Assembly (NCBI GenBank): GCA_016210845.1
Contig: JACQTK010000024.1
Location: 1-57,675 of the forward strand
From: Acidobacteriota bacterium
GTDB taxonomy: Bacteria; Acidobacteriota; Vicinamibacteria; Vicinamibacterales; UBA2999
Reading direction: 5' to 3'
DNA: 57,675 nucleotides
Both the position numbers and the translations under genes were made by a program. How positions within the stretch are numbered: the first letter of the stretch is position 1; each line of letters begins with the position of its first letter. Shown here in pieces: positions 1 through 10,090 of the stretch. Below the pieces are notes generated by a model. It did no database searches. It worked only from the letters and a program-made list of their open reading frames with translations, and was not told where the DNA came from.

Positions 1-16
1 ATCTGGAGGAGATCGA

Positions 17-1033
17 ATGTCGTCTGGCCCGTCGTCGATGACCATCCTGTATCGGCGATATGCCGAGTACCAACCGGTCGACGTCACGAAGCTGCGGCCC
101 GGCGACTCGTACAAGCAATTGATTGAGAAGCGGACGCACCCGATCGACGAGCTCGTCCGGCGGCACGGCGCGATTCCCGACGACCTGCTGACGCCGCGCG
201 CCTGCCCCACGTGCGGCAGCGTGGATGCGCGGCACGAGCTGGACAAGGATCACATGCGGCTGGTGCGCTGCTCGGCCTGCGACCTGGTCTACGTCAGCCC
301 GACTTTCGACGAAGAGCACTATCGGACGGTGTATGCGTCAGAGGACTACCAGGAGATCGTGCGCGACCTCGGGATCAAGAGCCACGCGTACAGGGTGGAG
401 CGGTTCGGCCGTGAACGCGTGGGCCTGATGGCGCGGCACCTCGCCGCGAGCCGGCCGCGGCTGCTCGACGTGGGGTGCAGCACCGGCTTCGTCGTGGAAG
501 CCGCCCGCGACGCCGGGTGGGACGCGGCCGGCATCGATCTGAATCCGTCGGCCATCGAGTTCGGCGTGGCGCGGGGCCTCGACCTGCGCTGCGCGGCGCT
601 CGAGGACGCGGGATTCGAGGCGGCCGGCTTCGATGCCGTGTCGCTCTTCGACGTGCTCGAGCATCTGCTGGACCCGGTCCGGACGCTGCGCGCGTGCACG
701 CGCCTGCTGAAGCGGGGCGGCATCGTCTTTCTCTACGTGCCGAACTACGACTCCGCGTCGCGCCTGCTGATGGGGAAGGACGCACACTTCATCTGGCCCA
801 CGCACCATCTCAACTACTACACGCCGGCCACGCTTCGCGATCTGATGGCGCGCGAAGGGCTCGAGACGGTCTACGTGGCGACCGAGGGCCTCGACATCGC
901 CGACTACCTGTGGTACCGGCGCGAGGTCGTCGGCAAGGAGGATGGGGGCGTCGAGGAGATCGCGGATCTGCTCCAGTTCTTCGTGAACGCAGGCGCCTAC
1001 GGCAAGAACCTTCGCGTGATCGCACGTCGATGA
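17..1033 (+). CDS. Class I SAM-dependent methyltransferase with N-terminal CxxC...CxxC motif
   Basis: LLDVGCSTG SAM motif, DVLEHL, CPTC/CSAC pairs; GGAGGA RBS upstream. Confidence 0.85.
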   Translation: MSSGPSSMTILYRRYAEYQPVDVTKLRPGDSYKQLIEKRTHPIDELVRRHGAIPDDLLTPRACPTCGSVDARHELDKDHMRLVRCSACDLVYVSPTFDEEHYRTVYASEDYQEIVRDLGIKSHAYRVERFGRERVGLMARHLAASRPRLLDVGCSTGFVVEAARDAGWDAAGIDLNPSAIEFGVARGLDLRCAALEDAGFEAAGFDAVSLFDVLEHLLDPVRTLRACTRLLKRGGIVFLYVPNYDSASRLLMGKDAHFIWPTHHLNYYTPATLRDLMAREGLETVYVATEGLDIADYLWYRREVVGKEDGGVEEIADLLQFFVNAGAYGKNLRVIARR

Positions 1034-2733
1034 GGGTCCTGTTCGCCGCGCTGCACCTGGCCTACTTCCGCAACTTCGAGTCGGCGATCCGCGAGCTTGC
1101 GGCGCGCGGCCACCAGGTGCATCTGGCGGGCGAGGAGACGGAGGCCCTGGGCGGGGAAGCGCTGGCACGGCGGCTCGCCTCGGAGCATCCCGGCCGCGTG
1201 ACGTGGGCGCAGCTGCCGTCGCTCGAGCACGAGCCCTGGTACGACGCCGCGCGGCGGATGCGCCTGGCGCTCGACTACATCCGGGCGCTCGACCCGAGGT
1301 ACCCGCCGAAGCTGCGCGTGCGGGCGGAAGCGCGGACCGCGCGCGTGGTGCGGTGGGCGTCGCGCCTGCCTGCCGGCCGTCCCATGACGCTGGCGGCGCT
1401 GAAACGCTTCGAGCGCGTGATGCCGACGAGCGACGCGCTCGTCGCCTACCTGCGCGATCGGGCGCCGGACCTGGTCGTCCTCACGTCGCTCACGTACGCG
1501 CGCTCGCAGCAGCTCGATGTCCTCAAGGCGGCCCGGGCGCTGGGAATTCCGGTCGCGGCCGCGATCATGAGCTGGGATCACCTCTCGAGCAAAGCGCTGC
1601 TGCACGTCGTGCCGGATCTCGTGCTGGTCTGGAACGACACGCAGCGCCGCGAGGCCGTGGAGATGCATGGCATCCCCGCCGATCGGGTCGTGCTGACCGG
1701 GGCGCAGTGCTACGACCAGTGGTTCACGCGCGCGCCCGAGCGGAGCCGCGAGGCGTTCTGCCGCGCGATGGGCCTGCGCGCCGATCGCCCGTTCGTGCTG
1801 TGGGTGCATTCGGCGCTGAGTCCGACCCCGGACCCACCGGAGCCAGTGCTGGTCACCCGGTGGATCGAGGCGCTTCGGAGCAGCGCCAATCCGCGACTGC
1901 GTGAGCTCGGCGTGCTCGTGCGTCCGCATCCGGAGCGGCTCAAGGAGTGGGCCGGCGTCCGCATCGACCAGTACGAGAACGTAGCCTTTCATGGCCGTAA
2001 TCCCATCGACCGCGACGCGCAGAACGACTACTTCGATTCGCTCTTCTACAGCAGCGCGGTCGCGGGCCTCGTGACGAGCGCGTTCCTCGAGGCGGCGATC
2101 GTGGGCCGTCCCGTGCTGACCTTCACCCTCCCGGAGTACCGGATGCACCAGGAGGAGATGATCCATTTTCAGTACCTGACCACCGTCGGGGGCGGGCTCC
2201 TGCAGATGGCGGCCGACCTCGACACGCACCTCACGCAGCTGGCCGCGGCCGTGGCGCTCGGCGGCGTCCGCGACGAGCGCAACCGCCGTTTCCTGACCGC
2301 ATTCGTACGTCCGGGTGGACTCGACACGCCTGCCACGCCCGCGTTCGCCGACGCGCTCGAGCGGCTCCAGCGTCAAGGTGCCGGTCCGGATGCATCGCTC
2401 GAGCGCGAGCGCTGGCTGCGGCCGATCGTGCTGCCGCTGGCGGCGTGGTCGCGTCGCGGCATCGGACGCTGGCTGATGAACGACATGCGGGCCGACGCCG
2501 TGGACGAGCACATCGACCGGCGTCTGCGAACGATTCGGGCGCGGCGCGCCGCCAAGGAGGCGCGCCAGCGAGCCGAGAGCCGCCGGCGCGCGTTCCGGCA
2601 GCGGCGCCACGCGCTGCTCCTGAAGGCGAAAGAGGCAAGGAGCGCGATACGGACCCTGCGCTTCCACACCGCCACGCTGGCCCACCGTATTCTCGGGCTC
2701 GCAGGCATCGACCGCGGCGAGCGCGGCGGCTGA
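1030..2733 (+). CDS. Putative GT-B glycosyltransferase, SWDxL/RPHP family, paralog 1
   Basis: ATGA overlap with upstream stop; MRVLF..YFRNFE, SWDHLSSK, VRPHP, TSAFLEAAIVGRP; Arg-rich C-terminal tail. Confidence 0.7.
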   Translation: MRVLFAALHLAYFRNFESAIRELAARGHQVHLAGEETEALGGEALARRLASEHPGRVTWAQLPSLEHEPWYDAARRMRLALDYIRALDPRYPPKLRVRAEARTARVVRWASRLPAGRPMTLAALKRFERVMPTSDALVAYLRDRAPDLVVLTSLTYARSQQLDVLKAARALGIPVAAAIMSWDHLSSKALLHVVPDLVLVWNDTQRREAVEMHGIPADRVVLTGAQCYDQWFTRAPERSREAFCRAMGLRADRPFVLWVHSALSPTPDPPEPVLVTRWIEALRSSANPRLRELGVLVRPHPERLKEWAGVRIDQYENVAFHGRNPIDRDAQNDYFDSLFYSSAVAGLVTSAFLEAAIVGRPVLTFTLPEYRMHQEEMIHFQYLTTVGGGLLQMAADLDTHLTQLAAAVALGGVRDERNRRFLTAFVRPGGLDTPATPAFADALERLQRQGAGPDASLERERWLRPIVLPLAAWSRRGIGRWLMNDMRADAVDEHIDRRLRTIRARRAAKEARQRAESRRRAFRQRRHALLLKAKEARSAIRTLRFHTATLAHRILGLAGIDRGERGG

Positions 2734-2837
2734 AGCCCCCTGATCGCGGGGGCTGAAGCCCCCGCTCTACAGGCGGATAGCCTATCCACCTGTAGAGCGC
2801 ACGCTTCAGCGTGCGCGATCGTGCGCGATCGTGCGCG
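2722..2837. repeat. GTAG-type REP doublet with flanking tandem partial units
   Basis: CGCGGGGGCTGAAGCCCCCGCTCTAC (ends 2770), then GTAGAGCGCACGCTTCAGCGTGCGCGATC, then further GTGCGCGATC units. Confidence 0.8.
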
Positions 2838-2851
2838 TTTTCTAACAGTCA

Positions 2852-3649
2852 ATGCGCGCCATTGTCCTGACCAGCACGATGCGGCGGCACCAGTTCGTCG
2901 CCAACACGCTCGCCGCGCGGATGGAAGTGGCCGGCGTGTGGCAGGAGGAGAAGTCGTTCCAGCCGCTGAAATATGCCGAGTCGGCGGACGACGAAGCCGT
3001 CATCGCGCGGCACTTCGCCGCGCGCGACGCGTCGGAGGAACGCTATTTCGCGGATCACGCCGCGGTGCGCGCGCCGGTCCATCGAACGCCGCCGGGCGGC
3101 TGCAACGCGGCCGACGAGATCCACGCGATGCGCGTCCTCCGCCCCAATGTCGTCCTGGTGTTCGGGACGGGACTGCTCAAGCAGCCGCTGATCGACGCGT
3201 TTCCGGGCATGATGATCAACATCCACCTGGGCCTGTCGCCCTTCTACCGCGGCGCGGGCACCAATTTCTGGCCGCTGGTGAACCGCGAGCCCGAGTACTG
3301 CGGGGCCACGATCCACTTCATCGACATCGGCGTGGACACCGGACCGATCGTCGCCCACGTGCGCCCCGACATTCAGCGCGGCGACGGTCCGCACGACATC
3401 GGAAACGAGACGATCGTCGCGGCTGCCGACGCGCTGGCCGCCGCGGCCGCGGCGCACGTCGCGTCGCCGCTGCAGGGCGTGGTGCAGACGGGGGGAGGGC
3501 GTCTGTACACGCGAAGCGACTTCTCGGCGGCCGCCGTGCGGCGGCTCTATGCGAACCTCGCGGACGGGATGATCGACGAATACGTCGCCCGGCGCGCCGC
3601 GCGCGACGCGAAGGTACAGCTCGTCACGATGCAGGCTGGCACGCGGTAA
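2852..3649 (+). CDS. Formyltransferase (N10-formyl-THF dependent, sugar N-formyltransferase-like)
   Basis: INIHLGLSPFYRG, GATIH, VDTGPI formyltransferase motifs. Confidence 0.85.
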   Translation: MRAIVLTSTMRRHQFVANTLAARMEVAGVWQEEKSFQPLKYAESADDEAVIARHFAARDASEERYFADHAAVRAPVHRTPPGGCNAADEIHAMRVLRPNVVLVFGTGLLKQPLIDAFPGMMINIHLGLSPFYRGAGTNFWPLVNREPEYCGATIHFIDIGVDTGPIVAHVRPDIQRGDGPHDIGNETIVAAADALAAAAAAHVASPLQGVVQTGGGRLYTRSDFSAAAVRRLYANLADGMIDEYVARRAARDAKVQLVTMQAGTR

Positions 3650-4614
3650 TGGGGAACACGTGCCTCGTGGTGATGTACCACTACGTCCGCGACAGCGCCA
3701 CGACTCCATTTCCGGAGATCCGGGCGCTCCCGCCGGCCCTCATCGAACGGCAGCTCGATTGGCTGCAGCGCGAGCACCATCTCATCTCGCTCCACGAGCT
3801 CGAGGCGGCCATGGATGGGCACGCCCGGCTGCCTCCCAACGCCGCCCTCGTGACCTTCGACGACGGCTTCATCGACCACTACGAGGCGGTCTTTCCGATT
3901 CTGCGCAGGCGCGGCGTGAGCGGCGTGTTCTTCCTCGCGCAGCGGCCCTACGAGGCGTCGCCCAGGGTCCTCGGCGTGCACAAGACGCACTTCCTGCTCG
4001 CGCATCTGGGTGCGGAGGCGTTCGCCGCCGCGGTGCTGCGCGAGCACGAGCCCGCTCTCGTGGCGGTCGATGCGGGCCGTGAGGACGTCTTCGGCGCGGA
4101 CCGGTGGGAGCACGCCGACGAGCGGACCATCAAGCACCTGCTCAACTACGGGCTGCCGTTCGACGAGGCCGAGCGCATCCTCGACGCGCTCTTCGCGCGG
4201 CACCTGGGACCGCAGGAGTCGTTCGCGCGTGAGCTGTACCTGGGTGAGCCGATGATCGCCGGCATGGCTGCGGCGGGCATGACGTTCGGGTATCACACGC
4301 GCTCCCACCGGATGCTGTCGCGGCTGGACGTGGAGGAACAGGAGCGCGAGCTTCGGGACGGGGTGGCCTGGATCAGGCGGCTCACGGGCCAGGCGCGCGT
4401 CTCCTTCTGCTATCCGTGGGGCGGCCCGAAGACCTACACGACGGGGACGGTCCAGATCCTCGCAGGGAACGGATATTCGGTGGCCTTTACCAGCGTTCGC
4501 CGCCGCGTCGACCTGAGCCGCGACGGTCGCTTCGAGCTGCCGCGCATCGATGCGCGCGACCTGCCCCCCTACGTCACCGGCGAGCCGGCCACACCGCCTG
4601 GGGAACCGTCATGA
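3649..4614 (+). CDS. Polysaccharide deacetylase family protein
   Basis: TAATG overlap; VMYHYVR, TFDDG, HTRSH, FCYPWG (NodB/CE4 motifs). Confidence 0.85.
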   Translation: MGNTCLVVMYHYVRDSATTPFPEIRALPPALIERQLDWLQREHHLISLHELEAAMDGHARLPPNAALVTFDDGFIDHYEAVFPILRRRGVSGVFFLAQRPYEASPRVLGVHKTHFLLAHLGAEAFAAAVLREHEPALVAVDAGREDVFGADRWEHADERTIKHLLNYGLPFDEAERILDALFARHLGPQESFARELYLGEPMIAGMAAAGMTFGYHTRSHRMLSRLDVEEQERELRDGVAWIRRLTGQARVSFCYPWGGPKTYTTGTVQILAGNGYSVAFTSVRRRVDLSRDGRFELPRIDARDLPPYVTGEPATPPGEPS

Positions 4615-6809
4615 CGGACGATCTCGCCCAGCCACGGGAGTTCCAGGCCTACCTGCGCGCGCGCGACGCCGTGCTCCGCATGAAGGGCATGGCGCCGGCC
4701 GACGCGTCCGCCCCGAGCGCCTACTGGGCGGAGGAGCTCGACAACATCGACTACATGATCGAGGCCTCGCCGCTCGTCGTACGGAAGCTGCGCCACCACG
4801 CGTTCCACATCACGGGCATCCGGCCGTACGACTACCGCGAGAAGCACGACGGCCGGCGGCAGCAGTTCGAGGGACGGCTCAGGGCGCTGCGCGCGATCGG
4901 CGGCGACGGGCTGCTCGTGCCGGAATCCCCGGTCCTCGGCGGCTACGGGTACGACATCGACGGGCGCCTGTTCAACGTGGACACGATCAAGTTCTACGAA
5001 GTGCTGATCGGCATGGAGCGCGGCGGTGTGCTCGGCGCGATCCGCGGTACCCCACCCCACCGCGCAAGCGTGCGCGGTGTGGACCCCGGGGACCGGCCGC
5101 TGGTGTGCGAGATCGGCGGGGGCTGGGGCGGCTTCGCCTATCAGTTCAAGACGCTCTTCCCGCGCGCCACCTACGTCATCGTCGACTTTCCGGAGCTGTT
5201 CCTCTTCTCGGCCACGTATCTCGCCACGGTGTTCCCTCAGGCACGGATCGTGTTCGCGGGCACCGACGACGCCGCGGCGATCGAGGGGTGGCGCGACGCG
5301 GATGTCGTCTTCGTGCCGCACACCAGGTCGCGCCTGGTGTCGGCCCTGCCGCTGGATCTCACCGTGAACATGGTGTCGTTCCAGGAGATGACCGATACCC
5401 AGGTGCGCGGCTACGCCGCGATGGCGGCGGCGGCGGGATGCCCGCTGCTCTACAGCATGAATCGCGAGCGATCGCTGTACAACGCCGAGCTCGTCAGCGT
5501 GAGCCACGCCCTGGCGGAGTCCTACACCCTCACGGAGGTCAGCGTCCTCGAGACCGACTACACGAGTACGTTCAAGAATCCGCCGAAGACGCCCCGCCTG
5601 CCCGCCGTAGCTCCAGCGAAGGCGGGTCCGGCCGATCCGTCCGAGCCGAGGTACCGCCATCTGGTGGGACGACTGAATGCCGCAGCGCATCGGCGCGCTC
5701 CGAGCTCCGTGCAGCCTCGCCCCGGTGTCGGCGCCGCCGGGCCGCGCGTCGTGCTGGGGATGACGCTCTACAACAACGCCCGCTATCTCCCCTCCGCGAT
5801 CGAGTCGCTGCTGGCGCAGACCCACGGAGACTTCGGCCTCCTGCTTCTCGACGACGCGTCGACGGACGGGACGGAGGAGGTCGCGAAGGGGTTCGTGGAG
5901 CGTGATGGGCGCGTCCGGTACCTCCGCCACGCCACCCGGCAGGCGATGATCGCGACCTGGCGCGAGGTGGCCGAGACGGCGGCGCGCCAGTGGCCGTCGG
6001 CGGAGTACTTCGCGTGGGTCAGCGATCACGACTGGTGGCATCCGCGCTGGCTCGAGCGGATGATCGCCGAGCTGGACGCGGACGCCGGCGCCGTGCTCGC
6101 CTATCCGATCACGCGCCGTGTGACCAGCGCGGGCGAGGAGATCGACAAGGGCGCGAGGCTGTTCGACACCGCTGCCGACTCCGATCTCCGCGCACGGTGG
6201 CGGCGCTTCTGTCGAGAAGGCGTCGGCGCCGGAGACATGGTGTACGGGCTGGTGCGCCTCGACGCACTGCGTGCCGCCAGCGTCTTCCGCCCGGTGCTGC
6301 GGCCGGATCGCCTGCTCATCGCAGAGCTCACGCTGCAGGGGCGCATTCGACAGGTGCCCGAAGTGCTCTGGTTCCGGCGGCAGTCCAGCGGCGCCAGCGT
6401 CGACCGGCAGACGACGACGCTGATGCTGCCAGGTGCCGAGCCGCGATGGTTCTCCTGGCCGCCGTGGGCGCAGCACACCATGGTGCTCTGGCGCGAGTAT
6501 GCTGCCCGCCAGGACCGCGCCCCGTGTCTCACACGTGCCCGCTGGATCCGTATGCTCGCGCATTACCAGGTGTGCTACGGCTGGCGCCACTTCAGGAAGA
6601 CCGCCGCGTCGCACGCGGTCGGGCGCGGCGTCGACCGCGTCCTCTGGGCGCGCAAGATGGTGAAGCACCACTACCACCACGCGGTCTATCACACATTGAT
6701 CGGCTCGCGCGTGGCCCTTGCCAGGCTGCGGCGCCTCACGCGACGGGGCATGTACGAGGCGCTCATGCTGACGCACCGTCTCGGGCTGCGGGGCCGCTCT
6801 GAGTTGTGA
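4611..6809 (+). CDS. Fusion: putative sugar O-methyltransferase (TIGR04371/NanM-like) + GT2 glycosyltransferase
   Basis: EIGGGWGG..YVIVDFPE..SFQEM in N-half; GMTLYNN, LLAQT, DDASTDGT, SDHD in C-half; ATGA overlap. Confidence 0.75.
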   Translation: MTDDLAQPREFQAYLRARDAVLRMKGMAPADASAPSAYWAEELDNIDYMIEASPLVVRKLRHHAFHITGIRPYDYREKHDGRRQQFEGRLRALRAIGGDGLLVPESPVLGGYGYDIDGRLFNVDTIKFYEVLIGMERGGVLGAIRGTPPHRASVRGVDPGDRPLVCEIGGGWGGFAYQFKTLFPRATYVIVDFPELFLFSATYLATVFPQARIVFAGTDDAAAIEGWRDADVVFVPHTRSRLVSALPLDLTVNMVSFQEMTDTQVRGYAAMAAAAGCPLLYSMNRERSLYNAELVSVSHALAESYTLTEVSVLETDYTSTFKNPPKTPRLPAVAPAKAGPADPSEPRYRHLVGRLNAAAHRRAPSSVQPRPGVGAAGPRVVLGMTLYNNARYLPSAIESLLAQTHGDFGLLLLDDASTDGTEEVAKGFVERDGRVRYLRHATRQAMIATWREVAETAARQWPSAEYFAWVSDHDWWHPRWLERMIAELDADAGAVLAYPITRRVTSAGEEIDKGARLFDTAADSDLRARWRRFCREGVGAGDMVYGLVRLDALRAASVFRPVLRPDRLLIAELTLQGRIRQVPEVLWFRRQSSGASVDRQTTTLMLPGAEPRWFSWPPWAQHTMVLWREYAARQDRAPCLTRARWIRMLAHYQVCYGWRHFRKTAASHAVGRGVDRVLWARKMVKHHYHHAVYHTLIGSRVALARLRRLTRRGMYEALMLTHRLGLRGRSEL

Positions 6810-6812
6810 GTT

Positions 6813-8048
6813 ATGGGCTCAGAACTCAAGACTCATTACTCAAAACTCCTCGACGTGCATCTCGATCCAATCCGCGTGAACGTTGGCGGGCGGCCCGTGC
6901 TGGTCGTGATGCCAGACGTGTCGCGGATCGAGGGCCTCAGCGTGGAGCTGCTGGCGACGTACAACCGCGCACGGGCCGAACATGCCGACGCATGCCTGCT
7001 CACCTCGGTGGAGCCATCCCACCATCCACTCCTCGCGCTCGAGCCGTCGGATCTGCGGATCGTTCACGCAGACGGCGTCAGCGGTGCCTGGCTTCGGCTG
7101 CTGTGGCGGATGGCGGCCGTGGAGCGGCGCGCGGTGGATGGCTGGTCGCGCGCTTCGCGCGCCTTTCGGGTCGAGTGGTCACGTGAGCTCAGGCGCCAGG
7201 GCGGGGACGAACGGCTGCCGCTCGAACTGCGCGGATGGCTGCGGGCGCGCGCGCGGCGATCACTCGCGAAGGCAGCCGTGCCGCCGGGCGCGACCACACG
7301 GTTCCCACGCCGGCTGCTGCGCGATCGCGTGCATGCGTCGCTGCCGTCGGGAATGCTCGCCGAGGCGTCGGCCACGGCGCGTGCCCTTGGCATCGATCCT
7401 GCCGTCCCCACCGTGACCGTCGACGTGCGCCGGCGGCCTGACACCTGCGCGTCCGTGAGCTCGTGGCTGGCAAACCGAGGCTACTGCGTCGTACGGGTTG
7501 GAGAGGCGCCCGATCCTGTTCCCGTCCGCGCCACGATCGACCTCGCGTCGTCACGGCAGCGGACGCCGCTCCTCGACCTGTTCGTGCTGTCGACGTCGAG
7601 GTTCCTCGTGTGCGATTCGCTCGAGGCGCAGCACGTCGCGTACCTGACGAATACGCCGTCGCTGCTGCTGAACGCGCACGATCCGTTCAGCGGGTACCCC
7701 GTGCGCGACGACGGTCTGTTCACGCTCAGCACCCCAGTCGACCTCGATACAGGGCAGACCCTGACGCCTGACGCGCTGCTGCACGAGGCCCGTCTCAAGG
7801 ACGTGCGCGATTGCGGCTTCCGCGACAACACGGCGGCGGAGGTGCTCGCGGCCGTACAGGAAATGCACGACGGGGTGACGGCTGGCTGGAGCACCTCCCC
7901 GGGCCAGATTCGATTCCGCGACCGGGTCGCCGCGGCAGGCGAGGCCATGGCGGCGCGCGTGGCCGCGGCGGCCGAGTGGGGACCCGACGCGGGGTTCATC
8001 GGCGACGGCCGGCTGGCGCGCTGGCAGGCGGAGGGATCAGCGTCATGA
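6813..8048 (+). CDS. Putative glycosyltransferase (TIGR04372-like)
   Basis: GYCVVRVG..LDLFVLSTSRFLVCDS..P..DNTAAEV pattern; follows a TIGR04371-like gene; family recalled from memory. Confidence 0.55.
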   Translation: MGSELKTHYSKLLDVHLDPIRVNVGGRPVLVVMPDVSRIEGLSVELLATYNRARAEHADACLLTSVEPSHHPLLALEPSDLRIVHADGVSGAWLRLLWRMAAVERRAVDGWSRASRAFRVEWSRELRRQGGDERLPLELRGWLRARARRSLAKAAVPPGATTRFPRRLLRDRVHASLPSGMLAEASATARALGIDPAVPTVTVDVRRRPDTCASVSSWLANRGYCVVRVGEAPDPVPVRATIDLASSRQRTPLLDLFVLSTSRFLVCDSLEAQHVAYLTNTPSLLLNAHDPFSGYPVRDDGLFTLSTPVDLDTGQTLTPDALLHEARLKDVRDCGFRDNTAAEVLAAVQEMHDGVTAGWSTSPGQIRFRDRVAAAGEAMAARVAAAAEWGPDAGFIGDGRLARWQAEGSAS

Positions 8049-9853
8049 GCCGCATCCTGTTCGTCATGCTGCACCCCGGTTTCATCCGCTACTACGAGGG
8101 GGCGCTCGAAGGGCTGGCCGGGGCGGGACACGAGGTGCGGCTGGCCTTCGAGGTCAGCCACGACAAGCTGGGCGCCAATGCGCTCGCACGGCGGCTCGAG
8201 GCGGCCTCTCCACGGATCACCTGCGGGGACGCGCCCACACGGTCGGACAGCGTGCGCGACTTCCTCGCGCGCCTCGACCGCTCCGCGACGCGCAGCGGCC
8301 TGGCACGCCAGCGCGGAGGGCGACGGGAGGCGCGCGAGCATGCCTGGGAGAGCCTGGCCACCACTGTGCGGCTCATCCTCGACTACCTGCGCTTCCTCGA
8401 ACCGGCGTTCGCGCGGGCCGACAAGCTGCGGGACCGGGCGGAGAAGCGGCTGCCGCGCGTCTACGTACCTGTGGTTCGAGCGGTTGCCGCCGCCGGCGGA
8501 CGCACGCGGCGCGCGTTCGCGGCCGTGCTTCGCGCGGTCGAAAGGGCCATTCCCACCAGCCCCGCGCTCGAGGCGTTCGTCCGCGGGCAGCGGCCCGACC
8601 TGCTGCTGCTGACACCGCTCATCGAGCTCGGCTCCCAGCAGGTCGACTACGTCAAGTGCGCGCGGCGGCTGGGCATCCGCAGCGCACTCTGTGTGGCGAG
8701 TTGGGACAACCTGACGAGCAAGGGGCTGATTCGCGTCATCCCCGACCACGTGATCGTCTGGAACGACGTGCAGAAGACGGAGGCCGTTGCGCTCCACGGC
8801 GTCCCGCCGGATCGCGTGGTCGTCACGGGAGCGCAGGTGTTCGACCGCTGGTTCGACGCCCGACCGAGTCGATCGCGCGAAGCGTTCTGCCGTGCCGTGG
8901 GGCTCGATCCGGATCGTCCGTTCGTGCTGTACGTCGGATCGTCGACGTTCGTCGCGCCCGATGAGGTGCCGTTCGCCGAGCGCTGGATCGCGCGGCTGCG
9001 CGACAGCGGGGATCCCACCGTCGCCTCGCTCGGGGTGCTCGTCCGGCCGCATCCGGCCAACGCTCGTCAGTGGCGGACGTTGGACCCCAGGATATGGCCG
9101 AACGTCGCGATATGGCCCCCGATCGACGGCGATCCCAACGGCCCCGACGTCCATCGCGACTACTTCGATTCGCTCTTCTACAGCTCGGCGGTGGTTGGCA
9201 TCAACACGAGCGCGCAGCTCGAGGCGGGCATCGTCGGCCGGCCGGTGCTCACCGTCCGCGCTCCCGAATTCGCGCACTCGCAGGCGGGGACGCTGCACTT
9301 CCAGCACCTCGTGAGCGCAGATGGCGGCCTCGTCCAGGCGGCAGCCACCCTTGACGAGCATGTCGAGCAGCTCGGCCGTGTCGTGCGGGGGGAGCGCGAC
9401 CCGTCCGAGGCCAACCGGCGCTTCGTGCGCTCGTTCATCCGTCCCCACGGCGAGGACGTGGCGGCCGGAGGGGTGTTCGTCGGCGCCATCGAGACGCTCG
9501 CGCGGATGCCGCCACCGGCGCCCCGCGGGCCGTCGTGGTCCACGGTCCTCGCGCGGCCTTTCGCATACGCCGCCGCGAAGGCGGCGGGCGTCCTGGCGGA
9601 AGACCGGCCGTTGTGGGTCTATCCGCTGCGGCCCGCCGTGACGGCGGCCGTCTGGATGGGGGCGACCGTGTTCTGGGCGCGCACAGCGATGCGTGAACAC
9701 GTGAGGCCGAGAATCAAGCGGCTGCGGCGGGGTGCGCAGCGTGCGCGCCACGAATCGGCGCACGCGGTGGAGAAGCGGTGGAAGCGGGCGCGGCGCCGCG
9801 CGAGGCGCGCGCTGGCCATCGCAAACAGCGCCGTGCGAAGGGAGCAACCGTGA
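8045..9853 (+). CDS. Putative GT-B glycosyltransferase, SWDxL/RPHP family, paralog 2
   Basis: ATGA overlap; ASWDNLTSK, VRPHP, YFDSLFYS, NTSAQLEA. Confidence 0.7.
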   Translation: MSRILFVMLHPGFIRYYEGALEGLAGAGHEVRLAFEVSHDKLGANALARRLEAASPRITCGDAPTRSDSVRDFLARLDRSATRSGLARQRGGRREAREHAWESLATTVRLILDYLRFLEPAFARADKLRDRAEKRLPRVYVPVVRAVAAAGGRTRRAFAAVLRAVERAIPTSPALEAFVRGQRPDLLLLTPLIELGSQQVDYVKCARRLGIRSALCVASWDNLTSKGLIRVIPDHVIVWNDVQKTEAVALHGVPPDRVVVTGAQVFDRWFDARPSRSREAFCRAVGLDPDRPFVLYVGSSTFVAPDEVPFAERWIARLRDSGDPTVASLGVLVRPHPANARQWRTLDPRIWPNVAIWPPIDGDPNGPDVHRDYFDSLFYSSAVVGINTSAQLEAGIVGRPVLTVRAPEFAHSQAGTLHFQHLVSADGGLVQAAATLDEHVEQLGRVVRGERDPSEANRRFVRSFIRPHGEDVAAGGVFVGAIETLARMPPPAPRGPSWSTVLARPFAYAAAKAAGVLAEDRPLWVYPLRPAVTAAVWMGATVFWARTAMREHVRPRIKRLRRGAQRARHESAHAVEKRWKRARRRARRALAIANSAVRREQP

Positions 9854-9899
9854 CACTAACGCGCTGTCTCTCACAAGTACTCCAGCGCGTTAGTGTCAC
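9850..9899. repeat. Perfect 17-bp inverted repeat overlapping a stop codon
   Basis: GTGACACTAACGCGCTG (9850-9866) / CAGCGCGTTAGTGTCAC (9883-9899). Confidence 0.8.
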
Positions 9900-9934
9900 T
9901 AGGAGACACAGGATCGTAATCCCAGCGCGGCTTT

Positions 9935-10090
9935 GGACCGCTATGCGGCCCCCAACGAGAATTATGTACTTGTTGCTGCTCCGCATAGCGGTCCTAGGCG
10001 CGCAGAGCGTGCCAAGCAGATACTGGCAACCAGCCAAGGGCTCGGCTCTGCGAACAACGGGATATCAAGGGCGAGCCCTTGGCTGGTTGC
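9935..10090 (+). mobile_element. Composite three-hairpin element, copy 1 (complete, flanked by direct repeats)
   Basis: GGACCGCTATGCGG..CCGCATAGCGGTCC-TAGGCGCGCAGAGCGTGCCAAG-CAGATACTG-GCAACCAGCCAAGGGCTCG..CGAGCCCTTGGCTGGTTGC; GCGGCTTTG at 9927-9935 and 10089-10097. Confidence 0.75.

Noticed and set aside
9850-9899. CTAAC...GTTAG palindrome resembling an integron attC site
   Set aside because: Core-to-core span is only about 42 bp with perfect arms and no extrahelical bases; single copy; no integrase or cassette array
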